From positions 54,143 to 118,142 of the forward strand of contig CALXSE010000003.1 in assembly GCA_944391085.1 (NCBI GenBank): a stretch of DNA of 64,000 nucleotides, read 5' to 3'. The first letter of the stretch is position 1. Every line of letters starts with the position of its first letter. The notes below the pieces were generated by a model. The model did no database searches. It was not told where the DNA came from and saw only the letters and a list, made by a program, of their open reading frames with translations. This DNA is from an uncultured Kiritimatiellota bacterium. Lineage in GTDB: Bacteria; Verrucomicrobiota; Kiritimatiellia; RFP12; DVOR01. A program made the position numbers and the translations under genes. This document shows positions 57,001-63,550 of this stretch, one piece after another.

Positions 57001-58181
57001 AGAACACCGGCCTGACGTCCGTCTCGGTGCCCGGCTCGGTGACCTCGCTGGGGACGTATGTCTTCCAGAATTGCACGGCGCTGACCTCGGCCGCCTTCGG
57101 CGAGGGCATCAACGCGATCCCCAATTACACGTTTTACGGATGCACGGCGCTCTCGAAGGTGACGCTGCCGGCGACGCTGACGGAAATCGGCGCTAACGCC
57201 TTCAACGGATGCACGGCGCTCACGGCCGTCACAATCCCCTCCGGCGTGACCAAGATCGGGAATTACGCCTTCCTGAAGTGCGGCCTGACGTCCGTCTTGG
57301 TGCCCGGGTCGGTGACCTCGCTGGGGATGTACGTCTTTCAGAATTGCACGGCGCTGACCTCGGCCACGCTCGGGGAAGGGATCACGGTCATCCCGAGCAG
57401 TACCTTCTACGGGTGCACGGAGCTGGCGGCCGTCACGTTGCCGGACAGCGTGACCACCGTCAATTCCAACGCCTTCGGGAACTGCAGGAAACTGGTCTCG
57501 CTCACCATCCGGGGCGATGTGCCCACTTCGGTGAACAGCTACGCCTTCCCCACGGGGAATTATCTGGCCGAAGGCGCCACGCTTTATTACCCGGCCGCGC
57601 AGGAAGCGGCGTGGAAGGCGGCGGCCGACGCGGACGGCAAATGGAAGGGCTTCACACTGGCCGTGCTCGCGGCCGTGGCCATGCCCAACGTCCCCGACGG
57701 CGCGGCAGGTTACACCGACATGGCCGTGCTCGAACGCCTTCAGGCCGCCGCCTTGGAGGCCGGCATCACCGACGGCACGTTCGACGTCTTCCGCCAGAAC
57801 AGCGACGGCACCGTGGTTCGGGAACTCCTCGCTCCGGCGACCGTGGAGGATGCGCTGAACTGCTTTGCCGGTCTTGAGCCGGTGGCGGTCACGCTTGAGG
57901 ACGGGACGGCCATGGTGGTCCTGCCCTATACCTTCGACGTCTGCGGCATCTCCGTCGAGGCGTCGGAGGTCGTCGTCACGGTCAAGGTCGAAAGCGGCCT
58001 TCCCGAGATGCCCCTGACCTTCGCCGAGGGCATCGCCTATGCCATTGTGCCCACCACGGAGGGCACCGCGCCCGTCGTCACCGTGCGGGAAGTGGCCGGC
58101 GACACCGCCACGCTGGCGTTCACCCCGCCGGAGGGACACTCCACCTACCTCTTCAAGGCGTCGGTTTCGCCTCTTCGGTAA
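51039..58181 (+). CDS. Giant (2380 aa) secreted BspA-type leucine-rich-repeat surface protein
   Basis: Signal peptide MKRFVFWIWALCAAAPGFA. It has dozens of about 22-aa BspA-like LRR units (IPxSVTxIGxxAFxxCxxLTSVTLP), with higher-order near-identical repeats of about 88 aa (264 bp) in the C-terminal half, and a non-repeat C-terminal domain. SD GGAGAA precedes the ATG at 51039. The track ORF starts 24 codons earlier. Confidence 0.85.
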   Translation: MKRFVFWIWALCAAAPGFADQVTIDGVTWTYSVRSREGASYAVIEEASGVQGAVTVPATLGGAPVTELETGFFGMSGVFYGCTDLTEVRWEEGCAIEKIGGYAFRGCTSLTQITIPPSVTKLGNQAFRGSGLETVTIPGTVKTLGAEVFAECPDLKTAVFEEGELIGDSTSSVDWTNLFRKCPELESVTVKRLPYIKEGMFADCPKLTSVSLPVTVSEIMGMAFSRSPNITFTLDAGVTRFSVENGMLRSATGLYYVPGDPERLEIPDGITDILGGICRGMTNLREVTVPDTLKSIGTYAFYGCASLEEIDLSGTQVAALTESAFANCPALAWVRLPATVTSFEIGKTFDGSPNVRFEVAEGSKTFASDEQHALYSKDMTILFLGPNAASFTVPETVTAIAPYAFDGRAALTSITIPASVRDFGYDVFRGCTNLASANGLWLDAEQTTVLGIDAGETAVAAEDFPETVWRVADYAFYENTSLSSVVFPQKVTSIGASAFYYCGNLGSVTFAEGLEEIRDGAFYGTGIGGELNLPATLMHLGDRAFGWTFITEVKMGGEPGLRDDPNLTLAGNPFSECECLPVDPETCIMYETAVANGPRVVVGVGEYHDETTGYTHYNVRVSDLVFPESVRYILSGLDISDSPRTITTTGPIYSVGSAAFISPTAKVHTITFGGNVGVVESKAFYELPYLQVLTFKGKVGTIRSNVLWGTPRSLTEEGSLSITFEGDVGTIEAGAFDATTSQESNVYGWSPLKEHLTSVTFGGTIGTIGEDAFRGCSSLKTLAGCKPANLGARAFYNCQALTEAPDLSLLSEVPQGALLNCLNIKAVDAGAATVIGPSAFQGCVSLVSVNAPMAATVGKSAFKMLPKSGGGWATALTEVTLAETVTLGAEAFSGCAELTGLKTASGGEPVVTLATSVFGGCAKLTGVTLNPATTEIPSGAFSGCAAMTAFPWPANIRIIGGSAFSRTGLTGELNLPATVEKVDYYAFDGCKGLTKITLNSAPELLTPFSGCSGVTEVVYTCDVPELPRVWDGLTGLTSFTVNGDIGTSANFALSDCDSLETMTVKGNWGTVAAGTFYDLSKFTTLTVTGTVGAVGDSAFMGCTALTSVPTIGDASLEGAIGNSAFQDCSSLESVTLDRDIRAIGNYAFRDCTGLKTVSILGDLRTIGTYAFSGCTALNNLTLPTSLVSIGDYAFQNCNALPKDADYIYTSADKTVILSRVSSSPKLTTLSIPEGVTMIGPSAFASEYNLTSLTLPSTLKAIANRAFYNCNKLTKVTIPAGVVTIGDYAFQSCSKLATVTFEPESQLATMGKGAFSSCSALTGFAFQPGVTAIADSLLSGCGKLAAVTYEPGFAPESIGASAFSGCTALSALPIPESVTVIGDYAFQNCDDLTEMGIPELVTAIPDNCFNNCDGLTAVTFGAQVTSIGASAFYGCAKLTTLPAADADGIVIPETVTTLGEEAFYNCKAVTKVTLPDVITEIPESLFYRCAALDTVKLGSTVTKIGASAFRNCTALESIELPDTLTTLGSSAFSDSGLTSVTLPDGLTKLSYYGFSGCKRLASVTLSPDTVALDTGTFYGCTALTAITLPAGVTEIPQAAFMNCTALETVTLEGVLTKIGYQAFSGCPSLRFAIPETVVAIGGQAFKGCAALTEISIPEGVTELAANVFQDCGGLTEVTIPATVGKFNASAFAGCDSLTTVTLGGSPTAVPNAMFDGCTALTTIRLPDSVTTIGDSAFRNCTALTSIDIPPRVTKIGTYAFQKSGLTSVVVPDTVTSLGTYTFQGCAALTSATVGEGVATIGNYTFGDCTALTKVTLPADLKEIGRSAFYGCTVLTAIDIPSGVTKVGSNAFEKSGLIAAVLPDTVTSLGTYAFQNCTSLTSVDVGARLTKLDTRTFYGCTALAEVTLPAGLKEFGSSAFQNCTALDAITIPEDVTKIGSSAFQDCTALSEVTLPAGLEEIGSSAFQNCTALSAIIIPEGVTTIGNYAFKNTGLTSVSVPGSVTSLGTYVFQNCTALTSAAFGEGINAIPNYTFYGCTALSKVTLPATLTEIGANAFNGCTALTAVTIPSGVTKIGNYAFLKCGLTSVLVPGSVTSLGMYVFQNCTALTSATLGEGITVIPSSTFYGCTELAAVTLPDSVTTVNSNAFGNCRKLVSLTIRGDVPTSVNSYAFPTGNYLAEGATLYYPAAQEAAWKAAADADGKWKGFTLAVLAAVAMPNVPDGAAGYTDMAVLERLQAAALEAGITDGTFDVFRQNSDGTVVRELLAPATVEDALNCFAGLEPVAVTLEDGTAMVVLPYTFDVCGISVEASEVVVTVKVESGLPEMPLTFAEGIAYAIVPTTEGTAPVVTVREVAGDTATLAFTPPEGHSTYLFKASVSPLR

Positions 58182-58215
58182 ATCAATGCCGAACCCGCGC
58201 TCCTGGAATCCGGAG

Positions 58216-58387
58216 CGCGGCCCCCTTTCCCGCCCCGGGCAACCCGCCCGGCGGCGCCGCACGCCGGGGGCCGCCCCACGTGCGCACCCTCCGCGCACCC
58301 CTGACAGGCCGCGCGGGGAAAACCGCGCAACCCCTTCCAAGCCAACGCCTCCGGGATACTGACACCCCTGACGCGCCCCCTGACGCC
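58216..58387. repeat. 172-bp direct repeat, copy 2 (identical to 50399..50570)
   Basis: Begins 35 nt after the LRR gene stop. The 3' arm of a hairpin (CCGCGCTCC-tggaatcc-GGAGCGCGG, 58195..58220) overlaps the repeat start. Confidence 0.9.
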
Positions 58388-58482
58388 CCCCACCCCGCCG
58401 CAACCCTTTTTCCGCCAAAACCCGCCTTTCCCCAGACACCCCCCAACAAAATGTAACGATAGCGCAATGAAATCCGCCAAAA

Positions 58483-58592
58483 GTGTGACAATAACGCAAT
58501 ATCCAGAAAACAAGCCTTGAGCCCAACAACGCCAAGCACTCCGGCCCCCCCATAACGCAATGGAATTGCCAAAAAGTGTCACACTAGCGCAA
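58483..58592 (+). promoter_or_regulatory. Recurrent motif copies C' and C upstream of the second Fic gene
   Basis: C' (58483-58512) reads gtgtGACAaTaaCGCAATatccAGAAAACAagc. C (58580-58592) reads gtgtCACACTaGCGCAAcacag. Between them lie GAAATCCGCC (shared with the first Fic gene's upstream region) and GGAATTGCC (revcomp of GCAATTCC there). Confidence 0.5.
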
Positions 58593-58827
58593 CACAGCCT
58601 CTGAACGCTCCCCCCAGGCGCGTTGTTTATGCGGCACACACGATGGGCAGAGAGGCCCGAACGCGCTTCTGCAAGGTCGTCGCGCCGGGTTGCCCCACCA
58701 CCCGCACCCTGCCGGAACACGCCACACCCCCCTCCCAAATCCGTAAGTCTTTTTTCGCCGAAACCCCCATTTGTAACTTTTTTTGCCCGTTTGTAACTGT
58801 TTTCGTTTCCCGCCCAAACGCCCGCTC

Positions 58828-58856
58828 TTGTCGAATTGCCCACGCTGTGGTAAATT
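58828..58856 (+). promoter_or_regulatory. Sigma70-like promoter for second Fic gene
   Basis: TTGTCG (58828-33), 17-nt spacer, TAAATT (58851-56). It lies 50 nt upstream of the proposed ATG at 58906. Confidence 0.45.
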
Positions 58857-58905
58857 GTTGTGCGTTTTGAGGGGCCATTTCCGATCCCTCCCCCGTAAGC
58901 GTTTG

Positions 58906-60414
58906 ATGAAAGCGGAACCGCTAGGCTATCTGTTTTTGATTGAGGCGTTCGACTTGGACGTCCTTGCGCCCTTGTGCCAGACCTTCTGCGGGGAAGGGGC
59001 TCAGCGGCAGGAGCGGGTCGCCGGCGCCACCACCACGCGCTTCCTGCCGCCGAGGGCTTGTCACCCGGCAACCTGGCAGCATCAGCTGGACTTCGCGCTG
59101 AAACAGGAGGGCGTGAACCTCGAGGTGCTGCGGGCCTTCTTCGCCAAGGTGCCCGAGCAGGCGTTAGCCGATTATGTCGCGGCGCGTTCCGTCGGCATCT
59201 ACCGTCGGCGCGTCTGGTTCCTCTATGAGTTCCTCACGGGGCGCGAATTGCCCCTTCCCGCCCTGCGGCAGGGCAACTACGGCTTTGTCTTGGATCCGGA
59301 GGCCTATGTGGCGCGCGCCCGGGAAGATTCCCCCCGCGCCAAGCGCCAGCGCCTCTTCAACAACCTGCCCGGGGTGGCCGATTGCTGCCCCATGGTGCGC
59401 CGGACCGCCAAAATCCGCCACGAGGAGGCCGACGATTTGGCGGCGCAGGTGCGCAAGGCCCTGAATCGTTATCCCGCCGAGCTGTTGGCGCGAGCGAACC
59501 GTTGGCTGCACCTCAAAGAGACCAAGGCTTCCTTCGCCATCGAGCATGCCTCCCCGGATCGACGACGCGAGGCGGCTTTCCTGGAAATCCTGGCGCAAGC
59601 CGGTTCGGAGCCGCTGACCAAGTCCCTTCTCCTGCGTCTGCAGAACGCCATCGTGGACCCGCGTTACCGAGAGGAGGACTACCGCGACGACCAAGTCTAC
59701 GTCGGCGAAACCCTGCGCTCTGGCAACGAGCTTGTCCATTTCGTCGGCGCGCGCCCCGAGGACGTGTCAGGGCTCATGGAGGGCCTTCTCACGGTGGCCG
59801 ACCGCCTCACGCGGGGCGATACGCACCCATTGGTCGCAGCCGCCGCCGTGGCCTTTCTCTTTGTCTTCATCCACCCCTTCAATGACGGGAACGGCCGCCT
59901 TCACCGTTACCTGCTGCAACACATCCTCGTCGCCAAAGGCTTCATCCCCGGTGGCACGGCCTTTCCCCTCTCCGCCGTCCTCCAACGCGACCCCACGCGC
60001 TATGACGCGATGCTGGAGACCTTCTCCAAGCGCCTCATGGGGCGCGTGGACTACGCGCTCGACCCGCAAGGCCGCATGACCGTGCGCAACCCGACTGCGG
60101 ACTACTATCGCCACATCGACCTCACCCCCATCGTCGAAGCGCTCTTCGACGTCGCGCGCGAAACCCTGCGCAAGGAACTGATCCCCGAGCTCAGCCACCT
60201 GATGCTGTGGGACGACATCCAAGCCCGCTTCCGTGCCATCGTCGACATGCCCGACGCCCGCGCCCAACACTTCGCGCGTCTGGCTCTCCAAAACGGCGGC
60301 ACGCTCGCAAAGGCACGCCGAGGCGACTTCCCCGAGCTGACAGACGACGAAGTTGCCACCCTCGAACAAGCCATCGCCCAAGCCCAAGCCACGCTGCCCG
60401 TCCCCGCGCCGTGA
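58906..60414 (+). CDS. Fic/DOC family protein (second copy; different architecture from 12711..14045)
   Basis: Fic motif HPFNDGNGRLHRYL. A putative inhibitory-helix variant is KASFAIEHASPD (E retained, G/N replaced by H). Start placed at MKAEPLGY (58906) because a TTGTCG-17-TAAATT promoter (58828..58856) lies inside the longer track ORF that begins at 58783. Confidence 0.8.
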   Translation: MKAEPLGYLFLIEAFDLDVLAPLCQTFCGEGAQRQERVAGATTTRFLPPRACHPATWQHQLDFALKQEGVNLEVLRAFFAKVPEQALADYVAARSVGIYRRRVWFLYEFLTGRELPLPALRQGNYGFVLDPEAYVARAREDSPRAKRQRLFNNLPGVADCCPMVRRTAKIRHEEADDLAAQVRKALNRYPAELLARANRWLHLKETKASFAIEHASPDRRREAAFLEILAQAGSEPLTKSLLLRLQNAIVDPRYREEDYRDDQVYVGETLRSGNELVHFVGARPEDVSGLMEGLLTVADRLTRGDTHPLVAAAAVAFLFVFIHPFNDGNGRLHRYLLQHILVAKGFIPGGTAFPLSAVLQRDPTRYDAMLETFSKRLMGRVDYALDPQGRMTVRNPTADYYRHIDLTPIVEALFDVARETLRKELIPELSHLMLWDDIQARFRAIVDMPDARAQHFARLALQNGGTLAKARRGDFPELTDDEVATLEQAIAQAQATLPVPAP

Positions 60415-60526
60415 GCCATAAAACACCCTGCCACCCCTGGCACGCACCCCTGGCTTCCCGCCACGCCCACGCTTGCCGGGGGTGGGTTCCTTTGCTATCC
60501 TCTTGGCCAGAAAGGAGACACTCGCC

Positions 60527-60634
60527 ATGAAACCCACCTTCTCCCTCGCCCTCACCCTCCTCGCCGCGCCCCTCCCCGACGCCCTCCAGGCCGCCGCCCG
60601 CCACGCCATCCTCGCCGAGGCCCTCGCCCTCTGA
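60527..60634 (+). CDS. Putative 35-aa small protein MKPTFSLALTLLAAPLPDALQAAARHAILAEALAL
   Basis: Own promoter TTGCCG-17-TGcTATCCT (60473..60501). SD GAAAGGAGA lies 8 nt upstream of the ATG. It is followed by an 11-bp-stem GC hairpin plus TTT (60648..60690). Too short for the track. Confidence 0.4.
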   Translation: MKPTFSLALTLLAAPLPDALQAAARHAILAEALAL

Positions 60635-60773
60635 GGCCCCCGCCCACGCGCCGCCCCGCGGCCCCGTTCGCCGGGGCGGCGCGGCGCTTTCGTCCCGGTG
60701 CGGGGCGGCGGGTTGCAGGGCGGGGGGATTTGTGCGATACTATGAGAAGATTTGTTTCACAAAGGAGTTTGCA

Positions 60774-61748
60774 GTGGCGTTCACACATATCGCAGGAACG
60801 GGCTCGGCGGTGCCGGAGAAGGTGCTGACGAACGACGACATGGCCAAGTTGGTCGACACGAGCGACGAGTGGATCGTCTCGCACACGGGCATCCGCCAGC
60901 GCCACGTGGTGGGGCCGGGCGAGAACGCCGCGACGCTCGGCTGCCAGGCCGCCCGCCGCGCGCTCGAGGACGCGGGCGTCGCGCCGGAGGAGCTGGGCAC
61001 GGTCATCGTCACCACCACCACGCCGGATTACGCGATCTACCCCTCCGTCTCGTGCGAGATCCAGGGGATGCTGGGCGCGAAACACGCGGCGGCGTTCGAC
61101 CTGAGCGCGGCCTGCCCGGGCTTCGTCTACGGCCTTGTCGTCGCGCGCGGCCTGATGCAGGTGGACCCCCGCCCCATCCTGGTCGTCTCCACCGAGATCA
61201 TGAGCCGCACCATCAACTGGTCCGACCGCAACACCTGCTGCCTCTTCGGCGACGGCGCCGGCGCCGTGGTGCTGAAGAACACGGACGAGCCCGGCGGCCT
61301 GGGCTTCCACCTGCTGGGCGCGGACGGCACGGGCGCGCTGGCCATCCACCGCGAGGGCGGCGTCCGCACCGAGGAGACCGCCCGCAGCGCCCCCGGCGAC
61401 CTGAAGATGGACGGCCGCGCGGTCTTCAACTTCGCCGTCCGCTCCTTCTGCGACATCATCGCCCAGACGCTGGGGCATTACGGCTGGACGGAGAAGGACA
61501 TCGCCTGGATCGTCCCCCACCAGGCCAACACCCGCATCATCGACGCGGCCGTCAAGCGCATCGCCGTGCCGCACGAGAAGTTTTACGTGAACATCGACCG
61601 CTTCGCGAACACCTCCAGCGCCTCCATCCCCATCGCGCTGGACGAGATGAAGCAGAAGGGCCTGCTCAAGCGCGGCGACCGCCTGGTCTTCGCCGCCTTC
61701 GGCGCGGGCCTCGTGTACGGCGGCATCGCCGTCGAATGGACCAAGTGA
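60774..61748 (+). CDS. fabH: 3-oxoacyl-ACP synthase III
   Basis: GTG start at 60774 preceded by AAGGAG; the in-frame ATG at 60732 has no SD. Motifs VAFTHIAGTGSAVPEKVLTNDDMAKLVDTSDEWI...CPGFVYGL...HQAN...GDRLVFAAFGAGL are FabH signatures with the Cys-His-Asn triad context. Confidence 0.9.
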   Translation: MAFTHIAGTGSAVPEKVLTNDDMAKLVDTSDEWIVSHTGIRQRHVVGPGENAATLGCQAARRALEDAGVAPEELGTVIVTTTTPDYAIYPSVSCEIQGMLGAKHAAAFDLSAACPGFVYGLVVARGLMQVDPRPILVVSTEIMSRTINWSDRNTCCLFGDGAGAVVLKNTDEPGGLGFHLLGADGTGALAIHREGGVRTEETARSAPGDLKMDGRAVFNFAVRSFCDIIAQTLGHYGWTEKDIAWIVPHQANTRIIDAAVKRIAVPHEKFYVNIDRFANTSSASIPIALDEMKQKGLLKRGDRLVFAAFGAGLVYGGIAVEWTK

Positions 61749-61767
61749 TTTGAGAAAGGACAACGCC

Positions 61768-63054
61768 ATGGACAAGAAGAAAGTCGTCGTCACCGGTTTG
61801 GGCTGCGTCACGCCCCTGGGCAATGACGTGAAGACCTATTGGGAAGGCATCCGCGCCGGGCGCTGCGGCATCAAGACCATCGAGCGTTTCGACACTTCCC
61901 GCCTCAACGTCAAGGTCGCCGGCGAGGTCCGCGATTTCGACGTGGGGCAATACATCGACCCCAAGGAGGCCAAGCGCATCGCCCGCTTCGCCCAATACGC
62001 CGTGGCCGCCGCCAAGCAAGCCTGGGTCGACGCCGGCTACGCCGCGCTGGGCGAGGGCGAGCACCCCTGGCAGGCCGTCGGCACGGAGGCCCCGAAGGGC
62101 GTCGACCCCGAGCGCGTCGGCTGCATCCTGGGCGTGGGCATCGGCGGCAAGGAAGTCGACGGCCCCAGCTACAAGACCCTCTTCGAGAAGGGCCCCCGCC
62201 GCCTCTCGCCCATGACCATCCCCATGCTCATCGCCAACGAGGGCCCCGGCAACGTCTCCATCGCCCTCAAGGCCAAAGGCCCCGTCCTCACCGTCTCCAC
62301 CGCCTGCTCGGCCTCCACCGACGCCATCGGCGTGGCGCTGGACATGATCCGCGCCGGCCGCGCCGACGTCATGATCACCGGCGGCGCCGAGAGCACCATC
62401 GAGGAATACTGCATCGGCGGCTTCCAGGCCATGCACGCGCTCTCCACCAACCCCGACCCCCTCAAGGCCTGCCGCCCCTTCGACAAGGACCGCGACGGCT
62501 TCATCATGTCCGAGGGCGCCGCCATCCTCATCCTCGAGAGCGAGGAGCACGCCAAGGCCCGCGGCGCCAAGATCTACGGCGAGGTGGCCGGCTACGGCGC
62601 CGGCGGCGACGCCTACCACATCGTCGCCCCCGACCCCGAGGCCAGCGGCATCATCCACGCCGAGCGCATGGCCATCGCCGACGCCGGCATCAAGCCCGAG
62701 GACGTCCAGTACATCAACGCCCACGGCACCTCCACCGGCCTCAACGACCCCATGGAGACCCGCGCCGCCAAGGCCGTCTTCGGCGAGCACGCCCACAAGC
62801 TCAGGATGTCCTCCACCAAGTCCATGACCGGCCACCTCCTCGGCGCCACCGGCGCCCTCGAGGCCATGACCTGCCTCCTGGCCATCGGCGACAACTTCTA
62901 CCCGCCGACCATCAACTACCACACCCCAGACCCCGAGTGCGACCTCGACTGCGTCCCGAACGTCGGCGTCGAGGCCCCGCTGGACGTCGCCATGTCCAAC
63001 ACCCTGGGCTTCGGCGGCCACAACTCCTCCCTCATCCTCCGCCGCTACGCCTAA
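61768..63054 (+). CDS. fabF: 3-oxoacyl-ACP synthase II
   Basis: MDKKKVVVTGLGCVTPLGNDV... and TACSASTDAIG active-site Cys, plus the HGTSTGLND His motifs. SD GAGAAAGGA upstream. Confidence 0.9.
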   Translation: MDKKKVVVTGLGCVTPLGNDVKTYWEGIRAGRCGIKTIERFDTSRLNVKVAGEVRDFDVGQYIDPKEAKRIARFAQYAVAAAKQAWVDAGYAALGEGEHPWQAVGTEAPKGVDPERVGCILGVGIGGKEVDGPSYKTLFEKGPRRLSPMTIPMLIANEGPGNVSIALKAKGPVLTVSTACSASTDAIGVALDMIRAGRADVMITGGAESTIEEYCIGGFQAMHALSTNPDPLKACRPFDKDRDGFIMSEGAAILILESEEHAKARGAKIYGEVAGYGAGGDAYHIVAPDPEASGIIHAERMAIADAGIKPEDVQYINAHGTSTGLNDPMETRAAKAVFGEHAHKLRMSSTKSMTGHLLGATGALEAMTCLLAIGDNFYPPTINYHTPDPECDLDCVPNVGVEAPLDVAMSNTLGFGGHNSSLILRRYA

Positions 63055-63064
63055 AGGAGACGCG

Positions 63065-63538
63065 ATGTACGACCAGGAAACCATCAAGACCGTCCTCCCG
63101 CACCGCGACCCCTTCCTCTTCTGCGACCGCATCCTCGAGTGCTCGCCCGAGCGCACCGTCGCGGAGGTGGACTACGGCCCGGACCGCTACTTCTTCAAGG
63201 GCCACTTCCCCGGCCACCCCGTGTGCCCGGGCGTCATCTTGGTGGAATCCATGGCCCAATGCGGCGGCGCCGGCTACCGCCTTTCCGCGACCGCCGAGGG
63301 CGAGCGGAAGCTCTTCCTCTTCGCCAAGCTGATGGAGGTGCGCTTCGTCAACCAGGTCCTCCCCGGCGACACCGTCCGCTACGAGATCGAGACCGTCAAG
63401 GCCACCGGCCGCCGCCTCGAGCAGAAGGGCCGCGGCATCCTCGTCGGCAAGGCCGACAAGAACGGCCGCCCCCTCACCGCCGTCGAGGCCCAATGGTTCT
63501 GCCTCGTCGTCCCCGAAAGCGCCGTCACCGCCCAATAA
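63065..63538 (+). CDS. fabZ: 3-hydroxyacyl-ACP dehydratase
   Basis: LPHRDPFLFCDRILE...GHFPGHPVCPGVILVESMAQ hot-dog fold with catalytic His. Confidence 0.9.
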   Translation: MYDQETIKTVLPHRDPFLFCDRILECSPERTVAEVDYGPDRYFFKGHFPGHPVCPGVILVESMAQCGGAGYRLSATAEGERKLFLFAKLMEVRFVNQVLPGDTVRYEIETVKATGRRLEQKGRGILVGKADKNGRPLTAVEAQWFCLVVPESAVTAQ

Positions 63539-63550
63539 AAGGAGCCCCCC

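Noticed and set aside
54702-58553. Minus-strand 1283-aa ORF and 50979..53042 687-aa ORF inside the LRR gene
   Set aside because: They are the antisense of the repeat-rich LRR gene. The N-terminal peptide is identical to the spurious ORF at 49621..50523 only because both read through the 172-bp repeat.
58783-58905. Longer N-terminal start (MPVCNCFRFPPKR...) for the second Fic gene
   Set aside because: This segment contains a well-formed TTGTCG-17-TAAATT promoter and has a Cys/Arg/Phe-rich, non-protein-like translation. The downstream Met (58906) is preferred, though it has no clear SD.
58145-59071. 308-aa minus-strand ORF across repeat copy 2 and the second Fic gene's upstream region
   Set aside because: It runs through non-coding repeat and AT-rich promoter DNA with junk composition and no RBS.
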